Below are positions 1 through 9,750 of a stretch of DNA of 36,973 bases, piece by piece (position 1 is the first letter of the stretch; each line of letters opens with the position of its first letter). Origin of the DNA: Asterionella formosa (Eukaryota); NCBI GenBank assembly GCA_002256025.1, contig NKIB01009591.1:62001-98973 (forward strand), given 5' to 3'. A model generated the notes under the pieces. The model worked only from the letters and a program-made list of their open reading frames with translations. It was not told the DNA's origin and made no database searches. Made by a program: the position numbers and the translations under genes.

Positions 1-975
1 ATGTTGATGTTTTCTCAAATCCCAGTGGTCCCATTGATCAAGGATTTCAACCATCTAAACATCAAGACTAGCATATCTCGTGCATCAATACCAGTTCAAC
101 ATTCTGAGTCTTTCAACAAGATGAAATTCATGGAAGCTCAGTTGAAGCTTTGTTGAAGCTTTGTTGATTGCTGTGAGTTAATTCCATGACATGATTGCTT
201 GGCTGCCTAACCTCCAGCAAACACCTTCTACTACAAAATTTACCTTACAGAAATCACCTTTTCTGAATGGATGAACGTTGAAATACTCCCGGATTATCAG
301 CCCTATGAAATTTTTGATTACGCCATGGTGATATGGTTGGAATACTGTCTTCTTCAGGATAGCTTTCAGTGTGGGTACTGGTACCTGGTGGTGAGGAGCT
401 ATCCTGCATAGCTATATCGAGCTCTATGTAAGTCCCAGGGGTCCCATCGAGAGATGAAGAATCACAACATGATACTTAACATCAAGACTCAGACCTTTTG
501 TGTATCCCTCCCACCAGGTCTATGTTTGGAGTCTTTCAACCAAGATGCGATCATTGAACACTCAGTGGCAACCTTTTTGATTGATTTCAGTAAATCCTGT
601 GATATGGCTAACACATGCACCTTGTTCAGTCCAGCAGATTCCTTGCTTCTTGTTCTCCCACTGCTACAAACGATGCCTTACAGATATTGCCTTTTCTGAC
701 TGGAAGAGTGTAGCAATACACCCAGATGCTCAGTCCTACTATGACAGTCTCGACAAAGACATGTTGATGTGACTGGAGGATAATCTTCACACTCGATAAA
801 ACCGGTCAACATGCTGGTGATAGACTTTGCTGCCTGTCTTAAGACCTTAAATAAGCTCCTCAAGATGCCTCATCCAGAAGATCAAGAGGTCTTGGCCAAG
901 GAAGATTTGAGGTTGATTGTCATTTACTTTATGCCCGGTGCGTGGCAGCAAGAGTTTGCATCATGGACAATCTAG
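1..975 (+). mobile_element. Decayed Ty3/Gypsy-like gag remnant with internal diverged duplication
   Basis: Frame-shifted, stop-interrupted translation. 799-963 reads KPVNMLVIDFAACLKTLNKLLKMPHPEDQEVLAKEDLRLIVIYFMPGAWQQEFAS, matching the KPxxMxxxxFxxRLxxLNxxL...LxxxEL...MPxxWQxxF pattern I associate with diatom Gypsy gag. CpG-poor. No pol or LTR seen in the window. Confidence 0.55.
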
Positions 976-1337
976 ATATTCTAATTAACTGATAAGCTCA
1001 TATATTCAACAAATATTATTTCTTTTATGATAGTTGGATACTTCACCTGTTAGCTACTGTACTCCTGGCAGTGGCAGTAAAAAAAGTTTGCATTCTCCTT
1101 ACTAGGCGAACAATTCTAAGCAACTGCTTTCTGAATTACTGGACCTTCCTCCCCTGTCCCTGATTTTTGTTATCCATGGTCATCGGTCTAGGAGACGGTT
1201 TGTACTATGGGCAAAACTAGGTAAGTTAATTTCCTCTGATTTAGAACTGTCTGTACACTCCGCTATTGTTTCTTGGAATACCAGAGTGAGCTACCTGATG
1301 ATAGTACGGGGAACAATAAGCCTGATCCTATGTATCT

Positions 1338-1440
1338 ACCGGTACACATGTACTCCGGACTCTGGAGTACCAGTACCAGGGTACCAGGTACCACCCTGGT
1401 AGACAAACACCCATGGTACCAGGGTACCAGGGTACCCTGA
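1338..1440. repeat. GGTACCW/TACCGGTA palindromic low-complexity cluster upstream of gene at 1692
   Basis: gtaccagtaccagggtaccaggtacc and ggtaccagggtaccagggtaccc read directly from the sequence. Confidence 0.9.
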
Positions 1441-1691
1441 CCCGACCAAGACAAAGATCTACTAGAGATGTCAAAAATCTATGTATGTATGCAAACTATC
1501 TCACCAAAGATTGTCTTCTGCTTTTTAGTTCAACAAAAAACTGTATACCGGTGTATCATATCAGTATTCTGGCTAATGATTATATAATAACTTAAATGGC
1601 AGTTTGTTGTGATCCTCGGCTCAGGAATACTGTTTTCCTTGCTAACAGGTGTATCGGCTCTAAACGATCCAATACATGAATACATACCACC

Positions 1692-3098
1692 ATGACTAAA
1701 AAATCACTGTGCTTCTGCATCCTCTTCACGTACGGATCCGAACTTGTGGCATCGTTTGCTCCAAAATCAGGATGGGCACATCATTACAGCCGTACACCCC
1801 ACTTGAAAATGTCGATACCGAACCCACTTGACACAATCACATCTGGTCTTGCCAGCATCTGCCGCTTTCCAAAAGGGGTGACGGTTGAAAATAATGTCAA
1901 ATCAGGGGCCATATTGGTGCAGCTTTTTGATGTTGAAACGTCTCGTGAGTGTCGCATTGTTAGGGAGCGGATTTCGGAATTGGATCTTGTTGTTCGGGCT
2001 GTCATCCCAGCTGCACCTAATTCAAGAGTTTTCTCAGTGGCCACTTATGAGCACGCACTACCAATCGGGACAGAAATTCCTAGGCTAGTCGTTCAAGATG
2101 AAGCTGGTAGAGAAGTGGTCAAAGTTGGACAAGCGGAGATTATTTCATACCTAGACGAGACATTCTCAATGTCCGACGCCCCAGATGCTGAATCGGATAA
2201 TTTAAAGGAAAGCGTGTTGAATGTGGCGCACGCAGTGGGAAACTATGCAGCATGCTTCCTTCGCCTCGGTCGTGGTTCTTCCGTGACATCGGCAGCTTTG
2301 TCGGCCGCGACCCCTCGGCCCGATCTACCGTTGATCCTCTACTCCTACGAAGGCAACCAGTTTTGCCGCCTCGTTCGCGAGGTGTTAACAGACTTAGACA
2401 TTGTTTACGAACTGAGATCAGCAGGAAAGCTTTCCCCTCGGCGAGAAGAGTTGGCTGCCATTACCGGAGGATCGTCTCAATGCCCCTTCCTTATTGACCC
2501 CAACACAAGTGTTCAGATGCCAGAGAGCGAAAGCATTATTCGCTACCTGTACAAAACCTACGCGCTATGGACACCACCTAATGAAATACTTCAACTAACC
2601 TCCGAATTCATCTTGCCGCTCGTCAAGCCGCTTTTCAAGATCCTTGCTCCATTGCAAGCCGGATCTTCTAAAGAAAACAAGAATGAATACGAGGCTGACT
2701 TATCCAAGGCCCGCATAGAGATTGACCGGGAAATTGCTTCTGCATCTGTAGTTATCTATACTTACAGCCTGTCGCCTTTTTCAAGCGAGGCGAAGGCTCT
2801 CTTTGATAATCTCGAAATTGAGTACACAGAAATCAGCCTGGGTAGTGAATGGCTTCCGGGATTGATTGCCACAGGGAGTTCACAGAAACGAGCGGCTCTA
2901 CTTGAAATGACTGGCCAGTCCTCGTTACCTCATGTTTTTATTGGAGGAAAACCAATTGGTGGCTTGTTTAGTGGAACTCCAGGTATTATTCCTGCGCTTG
3001 AACAAGGCATATTGATTCCAATGGTAAACTCTGCTAGATCCACCAGTGTAGTAGATCTCCCAGAATCTGCGCTTGAAGAAATGGGAGCATTCGAGTGA
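1692..3098 (+). CDS. Plastid-targeted protein with two GST-N (thioredoxin-fold) domains plus C-terminal glutaredoxin-like domain
   Basis: 468-aa intronless ORF. Signal peptide then VAS|FAP cleavage motif. LYSYEGNQFCRLVREVLTDLDI...QCPFLIDPNT...ESESIIRYL is the tandem GST-N signature. C-terminal VVIYTYSLSPFS...SLPHVFIGGKPIGG is the Grx fold. Confidence 0.85.
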   Translation: MTKKSLCFCILFTYGSELVASFAPKSGWAHHYSRTPHLKMSIPNPLDTITSGLASICRFPKGVTVENNVKSGAILVQLFDVETSRECRIVRERISELDLVVRAVIPAAPNSRVFSVATYEHALPIGTEIPRLVVQDEAGREVVKVGQAEIISYLDETFSMSDAPDAESDNLKESVLNVAHAVGNYAACFLRLGRGSSVTSAALSAATPRPDLPLILYSYEGNQFCRLVREVLTDLDIVYELRSAGKLSPRREELAAITGGSSQCPFLIDPNTSVQMPESESIIRYLYKTYALWTPPNEILQLTSEFILPLVKPLFKILAPLQAGSSKENKNEYEADLSKARIEIDREIASASVVIYTYSLSPFSSEAKALFDNLEIEYTEISLGSEWLPGLIATGSSQKRAALLEMTGQSSLPHVFIGGKPIGGLFSGTPGIIPALEQGILIPMVNSARSTSVVDLPESALEEMGAFE

Positions 3099-3132
3099 AG
3101 ATTGCATCGCTTTATCCACGATTTGTACCTTG

Positions 3133-4878
3133 CTAGCTAACTGCCTTTAACAAGCAACGATGAACAGGAACTCCGTTCATTGAACAAGCAACTTCTGTCT
3201 CAGTTCTGCCAATTCTTGGTAGTATAGGACCTTTGCTCCAGCCTTCCCCTTCTGCCCTTTCACCTCCCATTTCAATCCAATCTAATGTTCGTTTCGTTAA
3301 GTGAGACTGTTTTCTACTACCTTCGTCCTCAAAGGACGAGCAATCCATGGCTTGAAATCCTCCTGTTTCCTCCGCTGTTCGTTTGATCCAAACTGCAACA
3401 TCTTCGCAATTCGACTGAACAAGCAGCTTTCCATTTGCTCTGGATAACGCTCGATGGACGACTTTCAGAAGACTTTTGTTTACCATGAACCCACTTTCTG
3501 TGTCTGCAGGAAGCTGTGCGTTTCCTTGAGATTTCTCGCCACTACTAGTCAATAGATTTGATAATCGGTATGGCGTCGGGAATTGAACAAGACAACACTC
3601 CACTTGGCCTGGGTATGAATCCACGACACAATGCAAGAATTCTTCAGCTGCATCGGCAAAGAAATGAAGCCTGTCCTGCAATTCCCATCGTTTGGACATA
3701 CCCTCTCCAAATCCAATGGCCATACCACTGAGATCGACGCCAGCGAAGTTACAATTGGACCATTCCTGTACAAGTGGAAAATTCTCTTCTCCCAGACATC
3801 GCTGTGCTAATCCGAGCAGAGAGACGCCCATACCACATCCAATGTCAATCACAAGCGGTTTCGTGGGTTCACTGTAAATTCCTTGCCAATCATAGCGTAT
3901 AAGACTGCAGTCGTGATTGGTTTTCCCATTATCCCCAGTTGCATCTTGTTGGTGACGTTCCCAGTGTTTCTGAGCAGACTCAAGAAAAATTCGTTGCTTA
4001 CGCTGTCGCGTTGAGAATCTCCAAATCATGACCAAGCATCGATCAGAATGAAAGTCCAAAAGATTCCCCATCCCCTCAGATGCTACCTTGCCTTTGGAAG
4101 CCAAGGCCAGCTTCCCCACTCTTTCTAAACCAGCATCATTTCGAACTCCAGCTGCAGCTAACCTCTCCAATATATGCCAAATGTCCTTTTCTCGGCACGA
4201 ACTACGAGTACCAAAGCGGCCCAGCTCGTTCTCACAGATTCTCGATAGTGATTGCATAACGAAGTGATCGTTGGCGCCAGCCAGCGAAAACCAGAATGCA
4301 GCATCAGCTGCTTTCCTTCCTCTCAGTTCAGGTTCCACCGCTTCCTTCCTTTTCAATCTTTCGCTGGCTTTCGATAGTAAGGATTGCAACTGTTGTTTTG
4401 GAACTGGCACTTGTCGTTCCGATGAAGCTAGAGCCAGTCCGAGTGCTGCATGGGCCAACTGCAAAACCGTGGTACCCTCTAACAGAGTCTCAGTGGTGTT
4501 GCGGACTAAAGACCACGAAGACACTCCACCGTCCTTTCGAGACATATCTTTTAAAGACACAAAGTATCCAGCTGGCAGGTCGACCCGATCCAGTTCGTTT
4601 CTGAGCGCATCTGCTTCGTCATAGTCACCTTGCCATCTCGCTTCGGCTCGTTTTTGTACCAGCTGAGACAAGAAATTTATCTGCTCTGATGTTAAAATCT
4701 TTTCAGGTTCCACAACAGTCTCTTGCTGCGATCGAACGGTTAGGTGTCGAGCTTGAAAGCTCCGATTTATGGGCCCAACAAACGATATCAAGTCTGTTCG
4801 GGCACCACAGGAAATGCTCAACGACACAATCCAAATACAGGCAAATTGCGACAGATTCCTCATCACAGTGGGCGACAT
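3133..4878 (-). CDS. Class I SAM-dependent methyltransferase, TrmB (tRNA m7G46)-like, with N-terminal CysRS C-terminal-like helical domain
   Basis: First ATG at 4878 (alternative 4863); the ORF-track start at 4956 is non-ATG. Motif I VIDIGCGMG, GVDLS, QFPTPY (cf. TrmB FPDPW), GKLLVQSN, TETE. N-terminal RAEARWQGDYDEADALRNEL. Hydrophobic leader suggests organelle targeting. Confidence 0.75.
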   Translation of the reverse strand: MSPTVMRNLSQFACIWIVSLSISCGARTDLISFVGPINRSFQARHLTVRSQQETVVEPEKILTSEQINFLSQLVQKRAEARWQGDYDEADALRNELDRVDLPAGYFVSLKDMSRKDGGVSSWSLVRNTTETLLEGTTVLQLAHAALGLALASSERQVPVPKQQLQSLLSKASERLKRKEAVEPELRGRKAADAAFWFSLAGANDHFVMQSLSRICENELGRFGTRSSCREKDIWHILERLAAAGVRNDAGLERVGKLALASKGKVASEGMGNLLDFHSDRCLVMIWRFSTRQRKQRIFLESAQKHWERHQQDATGDNGKTNHDCSLIRYDWQGIYSEPTKPLVIDIGCGMGVSLLGLAQRCLGEENFPLVQEWSNCNFAGVDLSGMAIGFGEGMSKRWELQDRLHFFADAAEEFLHCVVDSYPGQVECCLVQFPTPYRLSNLLTSSGEKSQGNAQLPADTESGFMVNKSLLKVVHRALSRANGKLLVQSNCEDVAVWIKRTAEETGGFQAMDCSSFEDEGSRKQSHLTKRTLDWIEMGGERAEGEGWSKGPILPRIGRTETEVACSMNGVPVHRCLLKAVS

Positions 4879-5110
4879 TATCCAAGCATGGATGACGGGC
4901 GAAGAACAAGTGCCGTCCTCTGGAGAGAATGTGTGTTGCTTTCGATGGTGCAACACAACAGTCCATAATGGGTTACCATTGAACTAGCAACCGCTATGTA
5001 TATTACTGCCTGTAATAATACATACGGCAATGTAGCGTTATTGACATACCTAATACAAATACCGGGTATACCGCTAATGTACAACTGCACGCATCACATA
5101 CACCGATTAT

Positions 5111-5142
5111 GGTACCTGGTACCAGGTACCAGGTACCGGGTA
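5111..5142. repeat. (GGTACCW)n cluster containing a perfect 20-bp palindrome
   Basis: 5111-5130 ggtacctggtaccaggtacc is its own reverse complement; it continues aggtaccgggta. Confidence 0.9.
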
Positions 5143-5660
5143 GTAGACATAATGTACCATGTGTACATTGTAGTAAGCATATCATGAACACCAGTCCCAA
5201 GAAGTGCTACCAGGGTACGCAGTCTACCCTTCTAGCAAACGAATACTCTTTAAGCGGATAATATAAGTGAGTTTAAATTTTTTTGAAGAGCCTTGACTTT
5301 AGTGGAGTTCTTCAGGTCCACAACATATATATGATACTGGTATATACAATGAAGGATGCTGTGGTGGACCCTCCAATTTCAGTCATGATTAAATTTGACC
5401 TAACAGTGCAGAAATATATGAATGAATTATGCCAGTAGTATATACTAACATGGTAAGTCTATTTTTACAATGGTAACATCACACAAACAACCAAGCCATT
5501 GGCTTGGACGCAACTTCTGGTTTCTCTTCTGTCATCATTTTCTGTCTAACAATAAATATTTGGATCAACAAGAGCTTCTTGAATATCATTGCAAGAAGAT
5601 GCAAACCTTCTATTTATGTAATATTTAAAATGCTTGGCCCATGTTGAGACTGATGGATTA

Positions 5661-6491
5661 TTAATACAACACTTCCTCATCATTAAAGTCCTCCAAAGTT
5701 TCATCTGGTCTATCAGGCAATGCCTCTGTGCATCGAATCATAGTAAGAAAGCAATCGTTAAACGCACGATCAAACTCGCCTTCCATGTCACGAACATCTG
5801 TCTTGCTGTATGTCATTGCAATTTCCTTTAGAAACGGAACCAAGAGGGCAACGCCCTTGGGTACGTCAATACCTATGCGATTGGCGTACTTACATAACTG
5901 GTTACCAAACAGGAGGACTTTGTCTAGACTCACCCAATTTTCTAACAGCACATTGAAATATAGAATCATTGGGCAATGAGGCATGAAGAAGAGTGTGGCA
6001 GTCGAATGAATATTGCGTTTACCTCGTTCATTGTCCTGGATAAGTTGTATCCCAAGATCGTGTAGAATGCTGGTCTCCAATTGCGTCGAACAGGGGTCAA
6101 AAAAGTACACGTGTACGGGAGGTTCACTTTCGTCGTTTGCTGACTGGAGAATGTCCCAGAGATTGAGGGCGCATGCTAACTGCCAAAGCGGACCCGATCG
6201 TTGTCGTCCAAAATTACCGATTCCATAGCAGACTATTTGCTGAGGGCGGATGGGAGAGTCATTGAATGATTCAGTCAGAAATTTGAAGAAGTCAGTCTCT
6301 TTCAGTTTATATTTGTAATCGTACAATTGCTCAACTATTAATCGCTTGGATTCATCGGTCCATTCCGTGGCATCTGGAGGAGCTTGCACAGCAGCGGTTG
6401 TTCGCTGGCGATTTCGGTTGATCTGTTTCTTTCGTCCCTTGGCAATTCGCTTCTTATCTTGTTTTGTCACTGTAGTCCATTCGTCAGTCAT
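5661..6491 (-). CDS. SRR1-domain protein (SRRD/Ber1-like)
   Basis: 276-aa ORF with IVCYGIGNF, WQLA, FFDP, LFFMPHCPMILYFNVLLENW and LLFGN motifs typical of the SRR1 domain; C-terminal AFND. Confidence 0.85.
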   Translation of the reverse strand: MTDEWTTVTKQDKKRIAKGRKKQINRNRQRTTAAVQAPPDATEWTDESKRLIVEQLYDYKYKLKETDFFKFLTESFNDSPIRPQQIVCYGIGNFGRQRSGPLWQLACALNLWDILQSANDESEPPVHVYFFDPCSTQLETSILHDLGIQLIQDNERGKRNIHSTATLFFMPHCPMILYFNVLLENWVSLDKVLLFGNQLCKYANRIGIDVPKGVALLVPFLKEIAMTYSKTDVRDMEGEFDRAFNDCFLTMIRCTEALPDRPDETLEDFNDEEVLY

Positions 6492-7235
6492 AGTTGACTG
6501 CTTGTGTGATCATGAACGAATAGAATGGCACGTCATGGCCGACAGACGCAACACAAGCATCACCACATTTGTATATACCGGTTATCCTGTATTGCAGAAT
6601 AAATGTGTGCACAGCCACAGCCACATCAACCATGCATGCATTATTATATAAAAAAAGGCATGCATGAGGGGGTAAAATTTTGCCATGATGGAAATAATAA
6701 AAATAGTATTACCGGCAGGCTTGTTTTTTTATATCTATTAATTCGATATATTAATTACCGCAACCATCTTTGTTTTAATTAAATTTCATAGATGACGATG
6801 ATATGATGATCATATGGTGTATTCAATCTCTAGTGAACATATTTTATCTCCATTTTACACAAATACATATACTGCATATTGTATATCATGGCTACATGTA
6901 CACGGATATGTATGTAAGCATTTATGTTTATATATTTGTGTATGTATATATTCATGAAATTACATATTTTTGTATGTATTGTGTACGAATGTACGCATGT
7001 ACGGCTAGAAGAACTGAGCATGGGATTGTGCTTTCGTCAGTATTTCGGTAAAATTGTTGTGGAGAGTACTATCTTAGGGTACCAGGGGGTACCTGGTACC
7101 AGACATACATTACCGGTAGTACCAGTGCAACTACCACTGGAGGAAAAATGAAAGAAAGCCATCAAGCAAATGCATTGAACATTATTAACATCAGGCAAGC
7201 GTATTAAGTAACTCATCATCATTCACAACCGCATC

Positions 7236-8482
7236 ATGACAACTTTAACGACGGCATCCAAGTTCGTCGTGTTCGTCGCAGCTTTTTCCATGCTGCCCAC
7301 GGAAGCCTTCAAACCAAACCTACCCTCCTGTTTTGGTTCCAAATGCCTTCAACATCGCCCCAAATTGTTCGCATCCTTGGAGCAAGAAGCAGACTCTCCC
7401 ACTGCGTCGACGAGCGCACCATCGGCACCTCCACCTGTCCTCAATGGGAAAATGGTTCTTCCCATGCGAGTGGCACTTTCAGGCCTGTCAGGGCACGTGC
7501 TGCCAGCCGTATATGCTGTCATTCGCTCTGGATATACTCGAGGGTCGGATGGCTGGGACAAAGTCGAATACGTTGGCCGAACCACACACTTGTATGAAAC
7601 ACTCCAGCAGTTCATTTTGGAACATGGGTCCGACAAGGTGGCCCACCTTCGAGCATTATCCTTTTCTTTTCCACAAGAAGGCGCGATGCAATCTGTTGTG
7701 GACGATTGGAGGGAATCGGCCGTGGCAGCTGGTGCGCTCTTGAAAGATTGGGAGCCACGTTTGGAATCTACGTTCGTGGACATGATGGTTGACGAAGACG
7801 ACGACGATGAATGGGAAATCGACGAAGCTACTTCAATCGCGACCGCTAGTAAGGAAGAACTGATTTCACCATTTGCCAATTCAGGAGAAGTAGTTGCTGT
7901 AGGTGAGGTCTTGGAATTTACTCAGTTCAATGTCGACAAGGTCTTGGAAGAAGTTAGACCCTACTTGATTAGTGACGGAGGAAACGTGTCAGTAGAAAAG
8001 GTGGATCCTGTCAGCAAAGAAGTATTTCTGAAACTCGAGGGAGCATGTGGTACGTATTTGACGGTGTATCATCGAATTTGCTTAGTTCGTACTTGTCGTT
8101 TTCGCCAAAGGAGTTGAGGAGGGAAATGAATCTCACCTCCAGATATTCTTAAATTTTCGCAGGTTCGTGTCCTTCTTCCACCGTTACGATGAAAATGGGA
8201 ATTGAACGTGTCCTAAAGGAACACTTTCCAAACGTGCAAGTCGTTCAAGTTGAGGACGAATCTGACAAGCCCACAGAACTCACCTATGCCGCTGTGGAGC
8301 AAGAAGTCAAACGCATCCAGCCAGCTATTGTCGCCATGGGCGGTGTGGTAGAAATCATCAATGTGGATCCCATCGGTGAAGTGACTCTCCACTTTCGAGG
8401 AGCCAACAAGGTGCGGCAAGGATTGGAAATGGCGTTACTGGACATTCCGTTCTGCAAGCATATCAAGTTTGTGACTGCATAA
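7236..8482 (+). CDS. Plastid NFU-type Fe-S cluster carrier with N-terminal GIY-YIG-like domain; join(7236..8049,8163..8482)
   Basis: TEA|FKP presequence. VDKVLEEVRPYLISDGGNV...LKLEGACG|SCPSSTVTMKMGIERVLKEHFP is restored by a 113-nt GTACGT...TTTCGCAG intron (8050-8162). A second, Cys-less NifU repeat follows. N-terminal PAVYAV...VEYVGRT. Confidence 0.9.
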
Positions 8483-8517
8483 TTTTTTAATGTATTGACT
8501 ATATATTTCGGAACGAG

Positions 8518-9138
8518 TTACTCCTTCTTAATTCTTCGCTTCTTCGAAACTTCCGGCTGAGGCTCTTCGATTCCTAACAGACTGCTAAACATTTTGGAAG
8601 GATCCTTTTGCATTTCCATTTGTTTTTGCATACGTTCGCGTTCTTCTGGTTCCAAATTCTCCATCATTTTGGGCATCAATGCCATCATTCCCACGGAAAC
8701 AATAATCATGAGCATCATGGGGTTCTTGAGAAGTGACATGGGGTTAAATCCACCGCGAGCTTCAAAATATTCGTACCGAGCGTAGGCCTTCATTACTAGT
8801 GGATGAGCAATGGCATACTTGGGCGCCCCCGGATAGGCGTATTCGATGCATTTAGGTGCATCCATTTGATCTTCTAGAAGCTTAATCTTCACTTGGCCAA
8901 AGTGATGCTTGTGGGAATGAACGTCCAGAAGGTAAATGCCTGGAGGAATGCCGTAGAAGGAAAACGTGCCGTCTGCCTTGGAGTACGAAGTGAACTCGCC
9001 TGAATTCAACACAATTTTCGTGGAATTTACTGGCGTTTCATCGGGAAGGCGAAGTTGACCATTGATGGTTGTCGTCGGAGATGCAAAAATCAATGGGAGA
9101 AAGCTAAGAAACAGCGAAGCGAGGCGAAGCATTGTCAT
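8518..9138 (-). CDS. EMC7: ER membrane protein complex subunit 7
   Basis: ATG at 9138. Signal peptide, beta-sandwich DGTFSFYGIPPGIYLLDV, then YFEAR...MSLLKNPMMLM TM segment and MPKMMENLEPE. Confidence 0.88.
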   Translation of the reverse strand: MTMLRLASLFLSFLPLIFASPTTTINGQLRLPDETPVNSTKIVLNSGEFTSYSKADGTFSFYGIPPGIYLLDVHSHKHHFGQVKIKLLEDQMDAPKCIEYAYPGAPKYAIAHPLVMKAYARYEYFEARGGFNPMSLLKNPMMLMIIVSVGMMALMPKMMENLEPEERERMQKQMEMQKDPSKMFSSLLGIEEPQPEVSKKRRIKKE

Positions 9139-9750
9139 GGTCAACCTGTTCCAGCTCAATTAATTGGTAAGGACTGATAATAATGATGGCTGTAGACATC
9201 ATCAGTTCTTAGTCGTCTCATTCTTGCAATCTGCGTGTGACCCAATGCGGGATGTACTAGGAGACTGTCTACCGGCATGTATGTACTGCCAATCTCCTAC
9301 GTAGACTATGTATGCAAATATGTACTGCTCATTCCGGTACAAATGTACGCAAGTGCTTCACATCCCGGTAAGTACCTGGTACCTAGGTAGAGTAGCATGT
9401 ACTTACTATGATGATACCCGCCTGATGGATATCCGTAATAATCTAAGAAAATGTATATGGTTCTTGTATGTACGGTAATATTTGTACTCTAGTATGTATT
9501 ATAGAGTTGCTTGTAATGATGATATTTCCTCTGCTATAGTAGCGCTCGCTCCTTGCCTTGCTCATCGACGTACCTACTATGATAACAATTCACAACAGCA
9601 AGAATAGATCTAATTCAGAAGGCCACGGCTCAAGCCCATGAGTATTTAGACGACATTTTGGTTTGGTTCTAAAGCAAAGGAAAAGCACCATTGCTGTTTG
9701 TCATATAGCATGTCCTACTCAGGAATCTGATGGAATGTTATTTAGCTAGA

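Noticed and set aside
141..167. 11-bp tandem gttgaagcttt repeat
   Set aside because: A simple slippage duplication inside the decayed element.
550..575. Peptide EHSVAT shared between ORF 454..699 and a frame near 24650
   Set aside because: Six residues with no flanking or nucleotide similarity; likely chance.
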